Source: Nannocystis bainbridge (GTDB taxonomy: Bacteria > Myxococcota_A > Polyangia > Nannocystales > Nannocystaceae). Taken from it: a DNA stretch of 64,000 bases. A model generated the notes under the pieces. The model was not told the origin of the DNA and did not search any database. It was given only the letters and a program-made list of their open reading frames with translations. Location: NCBI RefSeq assembly GCF_028368995.1, contig NZ_JAQNDL010000001.1, positions 4,256,001 to 4,320,000 of the forward strand. The letters run 5' to 3'. Made by a program: the position numbers and the translations under genes. Positions 29,425-38,682 of the stretch are shown here, one piece after another. How positions within the stretch are numbered: the first letter of the stretch is position 1; each line of letters opens with the position of its first letter.

Positions 29425-30948
29425 ATGGCCGGCGACCCCGACGCGATCGTCATCGGCTCCGGCCCCAACGGCCTCGTGGCCGCCTGCATGCTCGCGCGCG
29501 CCGGCATGCGCGTGCTCGTGTGCGAGGCGAACCCGCGGCGCTGGGGCGGCGCGCTCGGCTCGGAGGAGGCGACCCTGCCCGGCTTCGTCCACGACGTCGG
29601 CGCCGCGCTGTTCCCGTTCCCGCGCATCAGCCCGGCCTTCCGCGCGCTCGACCTCGAGAAGCAGGGCGTCGAGCTGTGCTTCGCCGAGTTCGACAGCTGT
29701 CACCCCGCGCCCGACGGTTCGGTCGCGTGCATCAGCCGCGACCTCGAGCTCGCCTCGCGTCACTTCGGCGACCCGCGCGACGGCGAGACCTTCGCCGCGC
29801 TGGCCCGCTGGTACCGCGGCGTCGAGCCGGCGGTGCTGGGGATCCTCCTCAACACGCTGCCGACGCTCGCGCCGGTCCTGAAGCTGCTGCCGTTCGGGAT
29901 CTTCAAGCTCGCGCGGATCTTGCTGTCCTCGGGGGCAGGTCTGTCGCGCCGGCTGTTCCGCGGCGAGGCGGCCCGGCGCGTCATGCCGGGGCTGGCGCTG
30001 CACGTCGACGTCGGCCCGCGCGACCCGCTCGGCGCGGCGCTGGGCTTCATGCTCGGCATGACCGCGACCACCGGCGGTTACTCGATCCCGCGCGGCGGGG
30101 CGCAGGTGCTGGCCGACGCCATGGTCGCCGACCTGCGCCGTCATGGCGGCGAGATCCGCCTCGCCAGCCGCGTCGAACGGATCCTCACGGAAGGTCGCCG
30201 CGCCGTCGGCGTCCGCCTCGCCGACGGCACCGAGCTGCGCGCCGCTCGCCGCGCCGTGATCGCCGACACCGCCGTCGCCTCGCTGATGCTCGACCTCGTC
30301 GCGCGCGACCTCGTGCCCCGCCGCGTGGTCCGCTTCATGGAGAAGTTCCCGCAGGGTTGGGGCACCTTCAAGGTCGACTGGGCCCTGTCGGCGCCGGTCC
30401 CGTGGGCTGTCCCCGAGGCCAGGCGCGCCGCGGTCGTGCACGCCGGCGACAGCCTCGACGACCTCGAGCGCTTCACCGCCCAGGTCCGCCGCGGCGAGCT
30501 GCCCGACAACCCGTATCTGGTCATCGGTCAACAGAGCCTGTTCGACCCGACGCGCGCCCCGGCCGGCCAGCACACGCTGTGGGCGTACTCGCGCGTGCCG
30601 AGCCGGCCCGCGGGCGGCTGGTCGGCCCACGCCGCGGCCTTCGCCGACCGCGTCGACGCCCGCATCGAGGGCCTCGCGCCCGGCTTCCGCAGCACCGTGC
30701 TCGCGCGCCGGGTCGTCGCCCCACCTGACCTCGAGGCCATGGACGCCAACCTCGTCGGCGGCGACCTTGGCGGCGGCTCGAATGCCTGGCACCGCCAGCT
30801 CATCTTCCGCCCGCTGTTCCCCTACTTCCGCCACCGCATGCCGGTCGAGGGTCTCTACCTGTGCTCGAGCTACGCACATCCGGGCGCGGGTGTGCACGGC
30901 ATGTGCGGCTACAACGCGGCGCAGATCGTCCTGCGCGACCTCGGCTGA
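29425..30948 (+). CDS. Phytoene-dehydrogenase-like FAD oxidoreductase
   Basis: IGSGPNGL, LPGFVHD, GLYLCSSYAHPGAGVHGMCGYNAA. Confidence 0.9.
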   Translation: MAGDPDAIVIGSGPNGLVAACMLARAGMRVLVCEANPRRWGGALGSEEATLPGFVHDVGAALFPFPRISPAFRALDLEKQGVELCFAEFDSCHPAPDGSVACISRDLELASRHFGDPRDGETFAALARWYRGVEPAVLGILLNTLPTLAPVLKLLPFGIFKLARILLSSGAGLSRRLFRGEAARRVMPGLALHVDVGPRDPLGAALGFMLGMTATTGGYSIPRGGAQVLADAMVADLRRHGGEIRLASRVERILTEGRRAVGVRLADGTELRAARRAVIADTAVASLMLDLVARDLVPRRVVRFMEKFPQGWGTFKVDWALSAPVPWAVPEARRAAVVHAGDSLDDLERFTAQVRRGELPDNPYLVIGQQSLFDPTRAPAGQHTLWAYSRVPSRPAGGWSAHAAAFADRVDARIEGLAPGFRSTVLARRVVAPPDLEAMDANLVGGDLGGGSNAWHRQLIFRPLFPYFRHRMPVEGLYLCSSYAHPGAGVHGMCGYNAAQIVLRDLG

Positions 30949-31297
30949 GCGACGCGAGGGCCGCCCCGGCGCCACCTCTGCTTCGCCGGACGACGTCCAC
31001 CGCGACGTCACCTCGGCATCGCCCTGTTCTGCACCGAGGGTGTCGCATGACCCTCGCCGTCGCGCGAACTCGATTGTTGTCTCCGCCTGTCCCGAAGTAC
31101 ATGTAATACCCTCGACGACCGTCGCTACCGCCGCGCGTGAGACAAGCGTTCAGCCGCCGCCCTGGGTCCACGTCCACCGGCGATCGTCACGCGAAAACCT
31201 GTGCGCGACGCCGCGGTGCAACCTCCTCCCACGAGGTGAGCGCGCGCCGACGCGCCAGCGCATCGATCGCAACGCGGCGACACACTCGCTACCATCG

Positions 31298-32458
31298 ATG
31301 CGCATGACAACCTGGTTTGGTCTCTCCTCCGCGCTGCTCGGCTCGCTCGTCCTCGCCACCCTGGGCTGCGGTGACCCGCCCTCCAATAACGTCAGCGCGT
31401 CGAACGGCGACAGCGACAGCGACTCGACCTCCGCCACCGGCGTCACCGCCACCGACGGCACGGTCACCGCGGGCGGCAGCGACAGCGACAGCGGCGAGAC
31501 CGACGGCACCGGCTCGGCCAGCATGACCTCGTTGCCGACCACCGGCGAGCCGACCTCGACCAGCAACGGCTCGGCGACCTCGTCGACGACCGCCGACACC
31601 GAGGCCACCGCGACGACCAGCCCCGTCACCGACTCGGGCGCCACCGACACCGACACCACCGTCGGCCCCGGCACCACCCTCGATCCGGAGACCTCGAGCA
31701 CCACCGACAGCAGCACGACCGGCCCCGACTGCATCCCCACCGAAGAGATCTGCAACGACCTCGACGACGACTGCAACGGCATCGTCGACGACGTCGACGT
31801 CGGCGGCGACGGCATCTGCGACTGTCTCAACATCGCCATCTTCGGCAACGAGGGCGCCAACCCCTCCGCCGAGTTCCAGGGCTGGCTCGAAGCCCAGGGC
31901 ACCCAGGTCGACCGGATCTCCCTCGACGGCACCCCGATCGACGCCGTCACCCTCGAGAAGTACGACATCGTCATCCTCGACTGGCTGGTCCGCAACTACA
32001 GCGCCGAGGAGGCCGCGACGATCAGGACCTGGGTCGAGGGCGGCGGCGGTCTGATGTCGATGACCGGCCACACCAACAACAACACCGTCGTCGATCGCCC
32101 CAACTCGATCATCGCGCCGATGGGCCTGGCCTACAACCAGAGCAAGGGCTTCTTCGGCGGGCCGGTGACGCAGTGGACGCCGCACCCGATCACCGAGGGC
32201 ATCACCTCGGTGTCGTTCTACGGCGGCCTCTACGTCGACATCGTCGAGGACGGCGTCGCGCTCAACGAGGTGATCGGCACGCTGCCGCAGGGCCCCGTCG
32301 CGGTCGGCCAGACCCGCCTCGACGGCAAGCTCTTCATCTTCGGCGACGAGTGGATCGAGTTCGACTCGGAGTGGCAGCAGATCCCGCAGATCAAGCAGTT
32401 CTGGGTCAACATCCTCGCGTGGCTGTCGCCGCAGAACTTCTGCACGATCCCGCAGTGA
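31298..32458 (+). CDS. Thr/Ser-rich lipoprotein with acidic Cys motif and C-terminal GATase-like/DUF4350-like domain
   Basis: Lipobox TLGC; EEICNDLDDDCNGIVDD metal-binding-type motif; YDIVIL...WVEGGGGL. Start 31298 or 31304. Confidence 0.8.
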   Translation: MRMTTWFGLSSALLGSLVLATLGCGDPPSNNVSASNGDSDSDSTSATGVTATDGTVTAGGSDSDSGETDGTGSASMTSLPTTGEPTSTSNGSATSSTTADTEATATTSPVTDSGATDTDTTVGPGTTLDPETSSTTDSSTTGPDCIPTEEICNDLDDDCNGIVDDVDVGGDGICDCLNIAIFGNEGANPSAEFQGWLEAQGTQVDRISLDGTPIDAVTLEKYDIVILDWLVRNYSAEEAATIRTWVEGGGGLMSMTGHTNNNTVVDRPNSIIAPMGLAYNQSKGFFGGPVTQWTPHPITEGITSVSFYGGLYVDIVEDGVALNEVIGTLPQGPVAVGQTRLDGKLFIFGDEWIEFDSEWQQIPQIKQFWVNILAWLSPQNFCTIPQ

Positions 32459-32516
32459 TGGGCGACTCGCTCCTCCCCCGGCCGCGAGGGAGGAGCTCGC
32501 TGGGTCGGCGCACGGC

Positions 32517-34301
32517 TCAGCGCAATTCGAAGGTCCGCAGCACCGCTCGCCCCGCGAGCGTGCGCAGCCCGGGCGCCAGGCACCACGGGTACAGCCACCA
32601 GAAGCCCGGCAGGATCGGCACCAGCGCCCGACCGGCCGCGGCCCCGGCGTGACGCGTCGCATCGCCCGGCGCGGTCACGACCAGCGCCCCCGCGGGCACC
32701 GACGGATCGGCCGCGAATTGCAGGCGCGCGCCGAGGTCCCACATGCGAAGCAGGGCCACCCGGCGGATCGACGCCTCGTCGGCCGCGTGGTGCACGACGT
32801 ACGGCGCTCGCGGCCCGCGGTAGCGCAGGCGGTCGAGCGGGCGCAGCAGCGACGCCTTCCACCCCGGCTTGCGCCGCGGCCGGGCGCCCTCGCCTTCTGC
32901 CAGCGGGCGCGACATCAGCGTCCGCCACACCGCCTCGACCTCGGCGCCCGACAGCCACGCGATGTAGACCGCCAGCATCACCTGCACGAACGTGCCGACG
33001 TTCATCGCCACGTCGATCACCAGGTGCATGATCACGCCGACGCCGAGCCACAGCCGCTTGCCGCACAGCCACCGCAGCACCCACGCGTGCGCGCGCGGAC
33101 GGCGGGCCCGCAGCCACAGGTACGAGCCCACCAGCAGGGCCGGGAACGCCAGCACGCCGGCGACCACGAGCGCCTGCGCCTGCGCGCGCGACAGCTGCAC
33201 CGGGCCCTCGCCCGGGCTGTAGTAGTACCAGGCGGTCAGGCCGCCGACGTAGGCCAGCGCGCCGACGATCGCGGCGATCAGCGCGTACGAGCTCCAGCGC
33301 CGCCACGCCTGCACTTTCGGCCATGTCCCTTCGGACAGCTCGCGCTCGCACCGGCGCAGCGCCAGCCCGACCAGCGCCAGCGGGAACAGGGTCTCCCACG
33401 CCTTGGTGACCCACGTCGAGAGCGGCAGGAAGCCGATCATGTGCAGGAACGTGGCGACCTGGATCTGGAACGGGTGGCGGTAGAAGTGGTCGAGGCTGAG
33501 CGCGTAGAACAGCGCGGTGCCGTCGAACCACGTCAGGCCGCTCTTGAGCGCCCCGGTGGCGCAGTAGATGATGGCGAGCTGCAGCATCATCAGCCGCAGC
33601 GGCCACGCGGGGATCTGCCGCAGCGCGGGCACGACGACGCTGCCGGCCAGCAGCTCGCGCCGCCGTCGCCACCAGGTGTCGAGCGCGTAGGCCTCGCCCC
33701 AGCGGGTCAAGACGCCGAGGAACAGGAACACCCGCAGGACCGTGTCGCCGCCGCTGTAGAAGACGGGGCTGTAGCTGTAGAAGGTGTTGACGAGGAACCA
33801 GCTCAGCAGGGTGCTGAGGCGCGTCTTGATCCCGAGGATCATCGCCGTGACGCTGGCGCAGGTCAGGCCGAACACCGCCCACACGAAGGCCGGGTCGGCG
33901 CGCAGGTGGAACAGCGAGAACTTGGCCCACAGCGCCTGGACCACGCTCCACCAGCTCTCGAAGCCGTGCTCCGGGTCCCACAGCCGCCGCAGCTCGCCGC
34001 CGTAGTTCTTGCGCGCCATCGCCGGCAGCCACAGGCCCTCGTCGGTGAACAAGAACCGCAGCAGCGGGATCAGGTCGAGCAGCGTCCACAGCACGACCAC
34101 GCCGTAGACGATGCGCAGCAGCCCCGCCGGCCGCGGGTCGACCCGCTCGAGCCACAGTCGCCGCCACAGCTCGGGGCGCACCAAGAAGAACGCGAGCGCG
34201 CAGCCGAGGCCGAGCCACAGCGCACCTGTCGCAAGGGACATGTGCGCCGAGAGGTCGATCGCGGGCCCCTTGGCGGCCGGAGCGAGCAGCGCGGCCAGCA
34301 T
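32517..34301 (-). CDS. HTTM-domain membrane protein with degenerate DCC1/DUF393-like tail
   Basis: LRIVYG, FTDEG, YSGGDTVLR, YALD, WPLRLMMLQLAIIYCATGALKSG..WFDGTAL; TGATG overlap with the upstream gene. Confidence 0.85.
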   Translation of the reverse strand: MLAALLAPAAKGPAIDLSAHMSLATGALWLGLGCALAFFLVRPELWRRLWLERVDPRPAGLLRIVYGVVVLWTLLDLIPLLRFLFTDEGLWLPAMARKNYGGELRRLWDPEHGFESWWSVVQALWAKFSLFHLRADPAFVWAVFGLTCASVTAMILGIKTRLSTLLSWFLVNTFYSYSPVFYSGGDTVLRVFLFLGVLTRWGEAYALDTWWRRRRELLAGSVVVPALRQIPAWPLRLMMLQLAIIYCATGALKSGLTWFDGTALFYALSLDHFYRHPFQIQVATFLHMIGFLPLSTWVTKAWETLFPLALVGLALRRCERELSEGTWPKVQAWRRWSSYALIAAIVGALAYVGGLTAWYYYSPGEGPVQLSRAQAQALVVAGVLAFPALLVGSYLWLRARRPRAHAWVLRWLCGKRLWLGVGVIMHLVIDVAMNVGTFVQVMLAVYIAWLSGAEVEAVWRTLMSRPLAEGEGARPRRKPGWKASLLRPLDRLRYRGPRAPYVVHHAADEASIRRVALLRMWDLGARLQFAADPSVPAGALVVTAPGDATRHAGAAAGRALVPILPGFWWLYPWCLAPGLRTLAGRAVLRTFELR

Positions 34302-35203
34302 CAATCACCCCCCCCGTCGGCCCCGCCGACCTCGGCCCCGCCCTCGTTGCCGCCGCCCTCGGCCGGCAGCGCCGGCTCGTCGCCGTCCTCGACCGGGGCC
34401 ACGTCGCGCTTGCGCTTGCCGTCGACGGCCCGTCGCCGCTCGAGGATCTTGGCCCGCGCCGCGGCCCGCTCGCGCCAGCTCGTGGTGTCGACCTCGACGA
34501 AGCTGCCGGCCGGCAGCGGCGCGAACCCGTAGCGGGCGCGGATCTGGTCGGGAAGCTGCGCGTGCGGGGTGGTCGCGCAGTCGAAGCCCTTGAGGTCCTC
34601 CTTGTAGAGCTTGAGCTCGAACGGGTCGAAGCCCATGGTCTCGATCGCCTTCGACGGGTGCGGCACCTTCGTCCACATCTTCGTGAAGTTGACCCGCACC
34701 GGCGGCTCGCCGCCGTGGGTGCGCGCCCACTCGCGGCAGACCCACGCGGCGTACGGCGACTGGTAGCGCTCCTGCTCGAGCAGCCGCCGGTTGATCTTGC
34801 CCATGCGGTCGTAGAAGAAGTACGGGTAGTCGCGCCGGCCGTAGATGTCGTGCAGCAGGTCGATCTCCTCGCCGGCCTGCGTCACCACCCGCACCTGCAA
34901 GAACATGTTGGTGCGGTGCGGGTTGGGGGCGAACATCGCCCAGCTCTGCACGCTCGAGGTGGCCCGCATGTAGGCGCCGGAGCGCAGCAGCTCGGCCAGC
35001 CGGCGGTTGAACCGCTCCGACAGCCCGCTCGCCGGGGTGGTGTGCTGCAGCAGCGCGACCGTGTGATAGAGGACGAACAGGCTGACCAGCAGCGCCGCCC
35101 ACCCGCGGTAGGCCCACGGCCCGTCGCCCACGTCCTCGGCCGGCGGCGCCCGCAGCAGCGCGTCGGCCAGCCTCGTCGTGCCGTCGTGGGATGGCCGACT
35201 CAC
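34301..35203 (-). CDS. SdpA/DUF5819-like single-TM partner of HTTM proteins
   Basis: GAGGAG before GTG 35203; TM helix then QSWAMFAPNP, YDRMGKINRR, AAWVCREW. Confidence 0.75.
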   Translation of the reverse strand: MSRPSHDGTTRLADALLRAPPAEDVGDGPWAYRGWAALLVSLFVLYHTVALLQHTTPASGLSERFNRRLAELLRSGAYMRATSSVQSWAMFAPNPHRTNMFLQVRVVTQAGEEIDLLHDIYGRRDYPYFFYDRMGKINRRLLEQERYQSPYAAWVCREWARTHGGEPPVRVNFTKMWTKVPHPSKAIETMGFDPFELKLYKEDLKGFDCATTPHAQLPDQIRARYGFAPLPAGSFVEVDTTSWRERAAARAKILERRRAVDGKRKRDVAPVEDGDEPALPAEGGGNEGGAEVGGADGGGD

Positions 35204-35356
35204 GGGACATGCTCCTCGGGACATGTCGCTTTGGCCATCAATACAAGGCACCCCACGTGTCCCTCATGACATGTCCCATGCGCCAGCTTCAAAGATAACG
35301 AGGTTCCCACGCCGGACGGCCCCGGCGGCCCGGCGCCGTGCGGGGCCAGCCGCGGT

Positions 35357-37921
35357 CTACTCGCCATCGCCGCCTCCCTCGTCCTCGGCCCCGCGCGCCG
35401 GCTCGGCCGCGGGCTCGGGCGCCGCGGCGGGGCGCGGCGAGGTGACGCTGGCGGCGCGCGGCTGCGGGTTGCCGCCCCAGTCGCGGCGGGTGGCCCAGCT
35501 GCGGCGGCGCTGGTCGGCCTGGCGGGCCTGCTTCTCCGCGGCCGCCTCGAGCTCGCGCTGGTCGGCCTCGTCGAGCGGGACCCCGTAGCGCTGCTTCATG
35601 AAGGCGGGCAGCTGGCCCTGCTTGAGGCAGCTATGGGTCTCGAGCAGCTCGTAGGTGGCCTTGAGGTCGGCCGGGCGGTACCAGCCCTTGTCGCGGACCT
35701 GCTCGGGCGTGGGGATCTTCGTGGTGATCCGCCAGGTCTCGACCTTGGCCGCGGGCTCGCCGTACTCGATGAACCAGTTGCGACAGACGAAGAACGACCA
35801 CGGCCGCAGGTACGACTTGCCCTTGCCGATCATGCGCCGATGCATCTTGCGCATGCGGTCGTTGTAGATCCACGGGAACGGCCGGTAGCTGTAGCTGTTG
35901 TAGCCGATGTCCCAGCGGGTCCCGTCGGGCAAGACCACCACCGTCTTCATGAAGGTGTTGGCCCGCGGCGGGTTGGGCGCGAACATGTTCCAGCTCTGCG
36001 AGGTGCCGGTGACGGTGAGGTAGCTGCCGAACACCCCGCGCGCGGCCGACCGCCACTGGCTGAACACGTTGCTGCTGGGGAACAGCGCCAGCGCGACGGC
36101 GCTGAAGTGCCACGTTATGAGGCCGAGCACGACCGCCCGGAACAGCGCCCCGCCAGCCAGCCCCGGCGTGCCCCCGGGTGCGGCGTCGGCTGGCACTCCG
36201 GACATGCCCTTGAAGACATGTCTCAAGGGCCTTGTGAACAGACGAAACACCAGCGCGACCGCGGCGACCAGGCCGAGCCAGGCGTAGACGAGGCCGCCGA
36301 CGTCGCGGTCGCCGCCGATGCGCTTGTAGATGATGGCGAGCAGCAGCGCGCCGAGGACCACGACGATCGCGTCGGGGATGGTCCGGCCGCGCGCGGGCAG
36401 GTCCTCGGGCCGCTGGGCCGGGCCGAACAGGCGCTCGCCGCCGGCCGGCAAGACCCGCCGCAGGCCGGTGCGCCGGGCCTGCCGCCACAGCCAGTGCAGC
36501 GCCGCGGCGATCTCCTCGCCGCGCAGCCAGGCGACGTAGACCATCAGCATGATGAACGGGAACATGCCGATGTTCATGAACAGGATCAGGAAGCCGTGGA
36601 AGAGCAGCCCGAGGCCGAGCCACAGCCGGCGCCCGAGCAGCCACCGCTGCACGAACGACTGATCGATCGTCCACCCGCGCACCCGCAGCGGCCAGCGCCC
36701 GAGCGCGAACCAGGCGACGATGAGCAGCGGCACGATCACGCCCAGCACGAGGTGCACGTGGCCGACGCCGGTGGCGACCAGCGCCCGCGCCTGCTCCGGC
36801 TGGTTCTTCGGCAGCTCGACCACGTACGGATACGCGAGCACGCTGACGCGGTAGAGCGCGGCGTAGCCGAGCAGCAGGGCCAGGCGGCCGAGCCAGCGGC
36901 GCCACGGGCGGTCCTGGGCGATGAACCACGGCTGGTCGCGGTGGCGCAGCTGGAACCCGAGGATCGCGCCGAGGATCGCGATCGCGAAGTGCTCCTCCCA
37001 CCAGCGCGTCACCCACGTCATCAACCGGAACAGGTTGGTGCCGAACACCGCCGAGACCTGCTGGGTCCAGTCCTCGAAGCGGTAGAAGTGGTCCATGTTG
37101 AGGGCGTAGTACAGCGCGTCGCCCTGCATCCACACGTTGCCGGTCTTGACGATCCCGGTGGCGGTGTAGATCGCCGCCAGCTGGGCCATGATGAGGTAGC
37201 GCGGCCAGCTCGGGATCAGGCGATAGACCGGCTGCTTGCCCGGCTGGGCCGGCTCACCGACCTCCTGCAGCTTGCCGGCGCGGCGCAGCAGCTTGCAGCG
37301 GACCCAGTTGTCGAAGCTCCACGCGTCGCCGGTGCGGGCGAAGATCAGCACCCACCACAGCGTGCGGTACACCGTGTCGGTGCCCTCGAGGTAGAGCCCG
37401 TTGTGGTTGTAGACGCTGCACACCAGCAGCCACGAGAGCACGCCGGTGAGCCGCGAGAACACCCCGGCGGCGTACAGCAGCAGCACGCCGAAGATCGCGT
37501 ACATCACCCACTCGACGCCGTCGGGCGCCGACCAGAAGTAGAACAGCGAGTGCTTGCCCCACAGGAACTTGAAGACGCCCCAATGATCGAGGAAGCCGTC
37601 CTCCGGGGTCCAGCCCATCAGCGCCGAGCTGCCGAACCGCGAGCGCGTCTCGTCGAGGTCGTAGAGGCCCTCGTCGCTCCACAACATGCGCCAGTACGGG
37701 TGCAGGTTCCAGAAGCACTGGATCGTCATCAGCGCGGTGCCGATGCGCAGGGTCGCGAACATGCGCGGGTCCTCGAGCGCGAGCAGGCTGCGCCGCACCG
37801 ACTCCATCCGCGTGGCCGCCCACGCCAGCGTCGCCACCACCACCGCCAGACAGAGCCAGCCGACGTGGCTGCCGAGCTCGGGGGGGACGCGGCTGAAGTC
37901 GAGCGCCTCGGGTGCCAACAT
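35357..37921 (-). CDS. HTTM-domain protein fused to a C-terminal SdpA/DUF5819-like domain
   Basis: WSDEG, EGTDTVYR, WSFD, QLAAIYTATGIVKTG..WMQGDALYYA; C-terminal QSWNMFAPNP, NDRMRKMHRR, FVCRNW. Confidence 0.85.
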   Translation of the reverse strand: MLAPEALDFSRVPPELGSHVGWLCLAVVVATLAWAATRMESVRRSLLALEDPRMFATLRIGTALMTIQCFWNLHPYWRMLWSDEGLYDLDETRSRFGSSALMGWTPEDGFLDHWGVFKFLWGKHSLFYFWSAPDGVEWVMYAIFGVLLLYAAGVFSRLTGVLSWLLVCSVYNHNGLYLEGTDTVYRTLWWVLIFARTGDAWSFDNWVRCKLLRRAGKLQEVGEPAQPGKQPVYRLIPSWPRYLIMAQLAAIYTATGIVKTGNVWMQGDALYYALNMDHFYRFEDWTQQVSAVFGTNLFRLMTWVTRWWEEHFAIAILGAILGFQLRHRDQPWFIAQDRPWRRWLGRLALLLGYAALYRVSVLAYPYVVELPKNQPEQARALVATGVGHVHLVLGVIVPLLIVAWFALGRWPLRVRGWTIDQSFVQRWLLGRRLWLGLGLLFHGFLILFMNIGMFPFIMLMVYVAWLRGEEIAAALHWLWRQARRTGLRRVLPAGGERLFGPAQRPEDLPARGRTIPDAIVVVLGALLLAIIYKRIGGDRDVGGLVYAWLGLVAAVALVFRLFTRPLRHVFKGMSGVPADAAPGGTPGLAGGALFRAVVLGLITWHFSAVALALFPSSNVFSQWRSAARGVFGSYLTVTGTSQSWNMFAPNPPRANTFMKTVVVLPDGTRWDIGYNSYSYRPFPWIYNDRMRKMHRRMIGKGKSYLRPWSFFVCRNWFIEYGEPAAKVETWRITTKIPTPEQVRDKGWYRPADLKATYELLETHSCLKQGQLPAFMKQRYGVPLDEADQRELEAAAEKQARQADQRRRSWATRRDWGGNPQPRAASVTSPRPAAAPEPAAEPARGAEDEGGGDGE

Positions 37922-38158
37922 GCGGGTGAGGCCGCCGACACTAGCACGGCGCAGACCTTCCTCAGCGCCCGCGGGCCACGCGCATATTTTGCGTGACTGG
38001 CGATCTAGAGGCTACTGGCGCGGCCTGGGCCGGGGAATCCGGCGGGCGCTCGAGATCGGGCACGGCCGCCCGGGAGCTGTCCCGAGAGACATCTCGCCGA
38101 GGCGGATCCGCCGTCGCCTCGACTATCGCGGCCGGGCGGGTTCGCGGTAGAGGAGAGC

Positions 38159-38668
38159 GTGCCTTGGAGCAGGCGGCGGGTGCTGGGGCTGGTGGCGGTG
38201 GCCGCCGGCTGTCGGCCGCCGGAGCTGCCGCCGTCGGCGCCCACCAGCCTGCTCGGCGAGGCTGCGCCGCAGTTCTCGCGGCGGGGCCTCGACGGGCGCA
38301 CCGTCGACCTCGCGGCGCTGCGCGACCGGGTCGTGGTGGTCGAGTTCTTCGCCCGCTACTGCGAGCCGTGCTGGAAGCACCTGCCGAAGGTCCAGCGCTG
38401 GGCCGCGCGGCAGCGCGACGTCGTGGTCATCGGCATCGGCGCCGACGAGTTCGCGGGCGACACCCTGGCGATGGTGCGCGCGCTCGGGGTCGGATTCCCG
38501 GTCGTGCACGACAGCGGCCTCGTGCTCACCGCCCGCTTTCGCGTCGACAAGATCCCCGCGACCCTCGTTTTGGACCGCGGCGGGCGGGTCCGCTGGCGCT
38601 CGCTCCCCGGCGACGGCGTCGGGGCGATGGACCGCGCCGTCGAGGCCATCCGCCGCGCGCGCGATTGA
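38159..38668 (+). CDS. TlpA/ResA-like thiol-disulfide oxidoreductase lipoprotein
   Basis: Lipobox AAGC; VVVEFFARYCEPC; IPATLVLDRGG. Confidence 0.88.
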   Translation: MPWSRRRVLGLVAVAAGCRPPELPPSAPTSLLGEAAPQFSRRGLDGRTVDLAALRDRVVVVEFFARYCEPCWKHLPKVQRWAARQRDVVVIGIGADEFAGDTLAMVRALGVGFPVVHDSGLVLTARFRVDKIPATLVLDRGGRVRWRSLPGDGVGAMDRAVEAIRRARD

Positions 38669-38682
38669 GGTACTCTGGCAGG

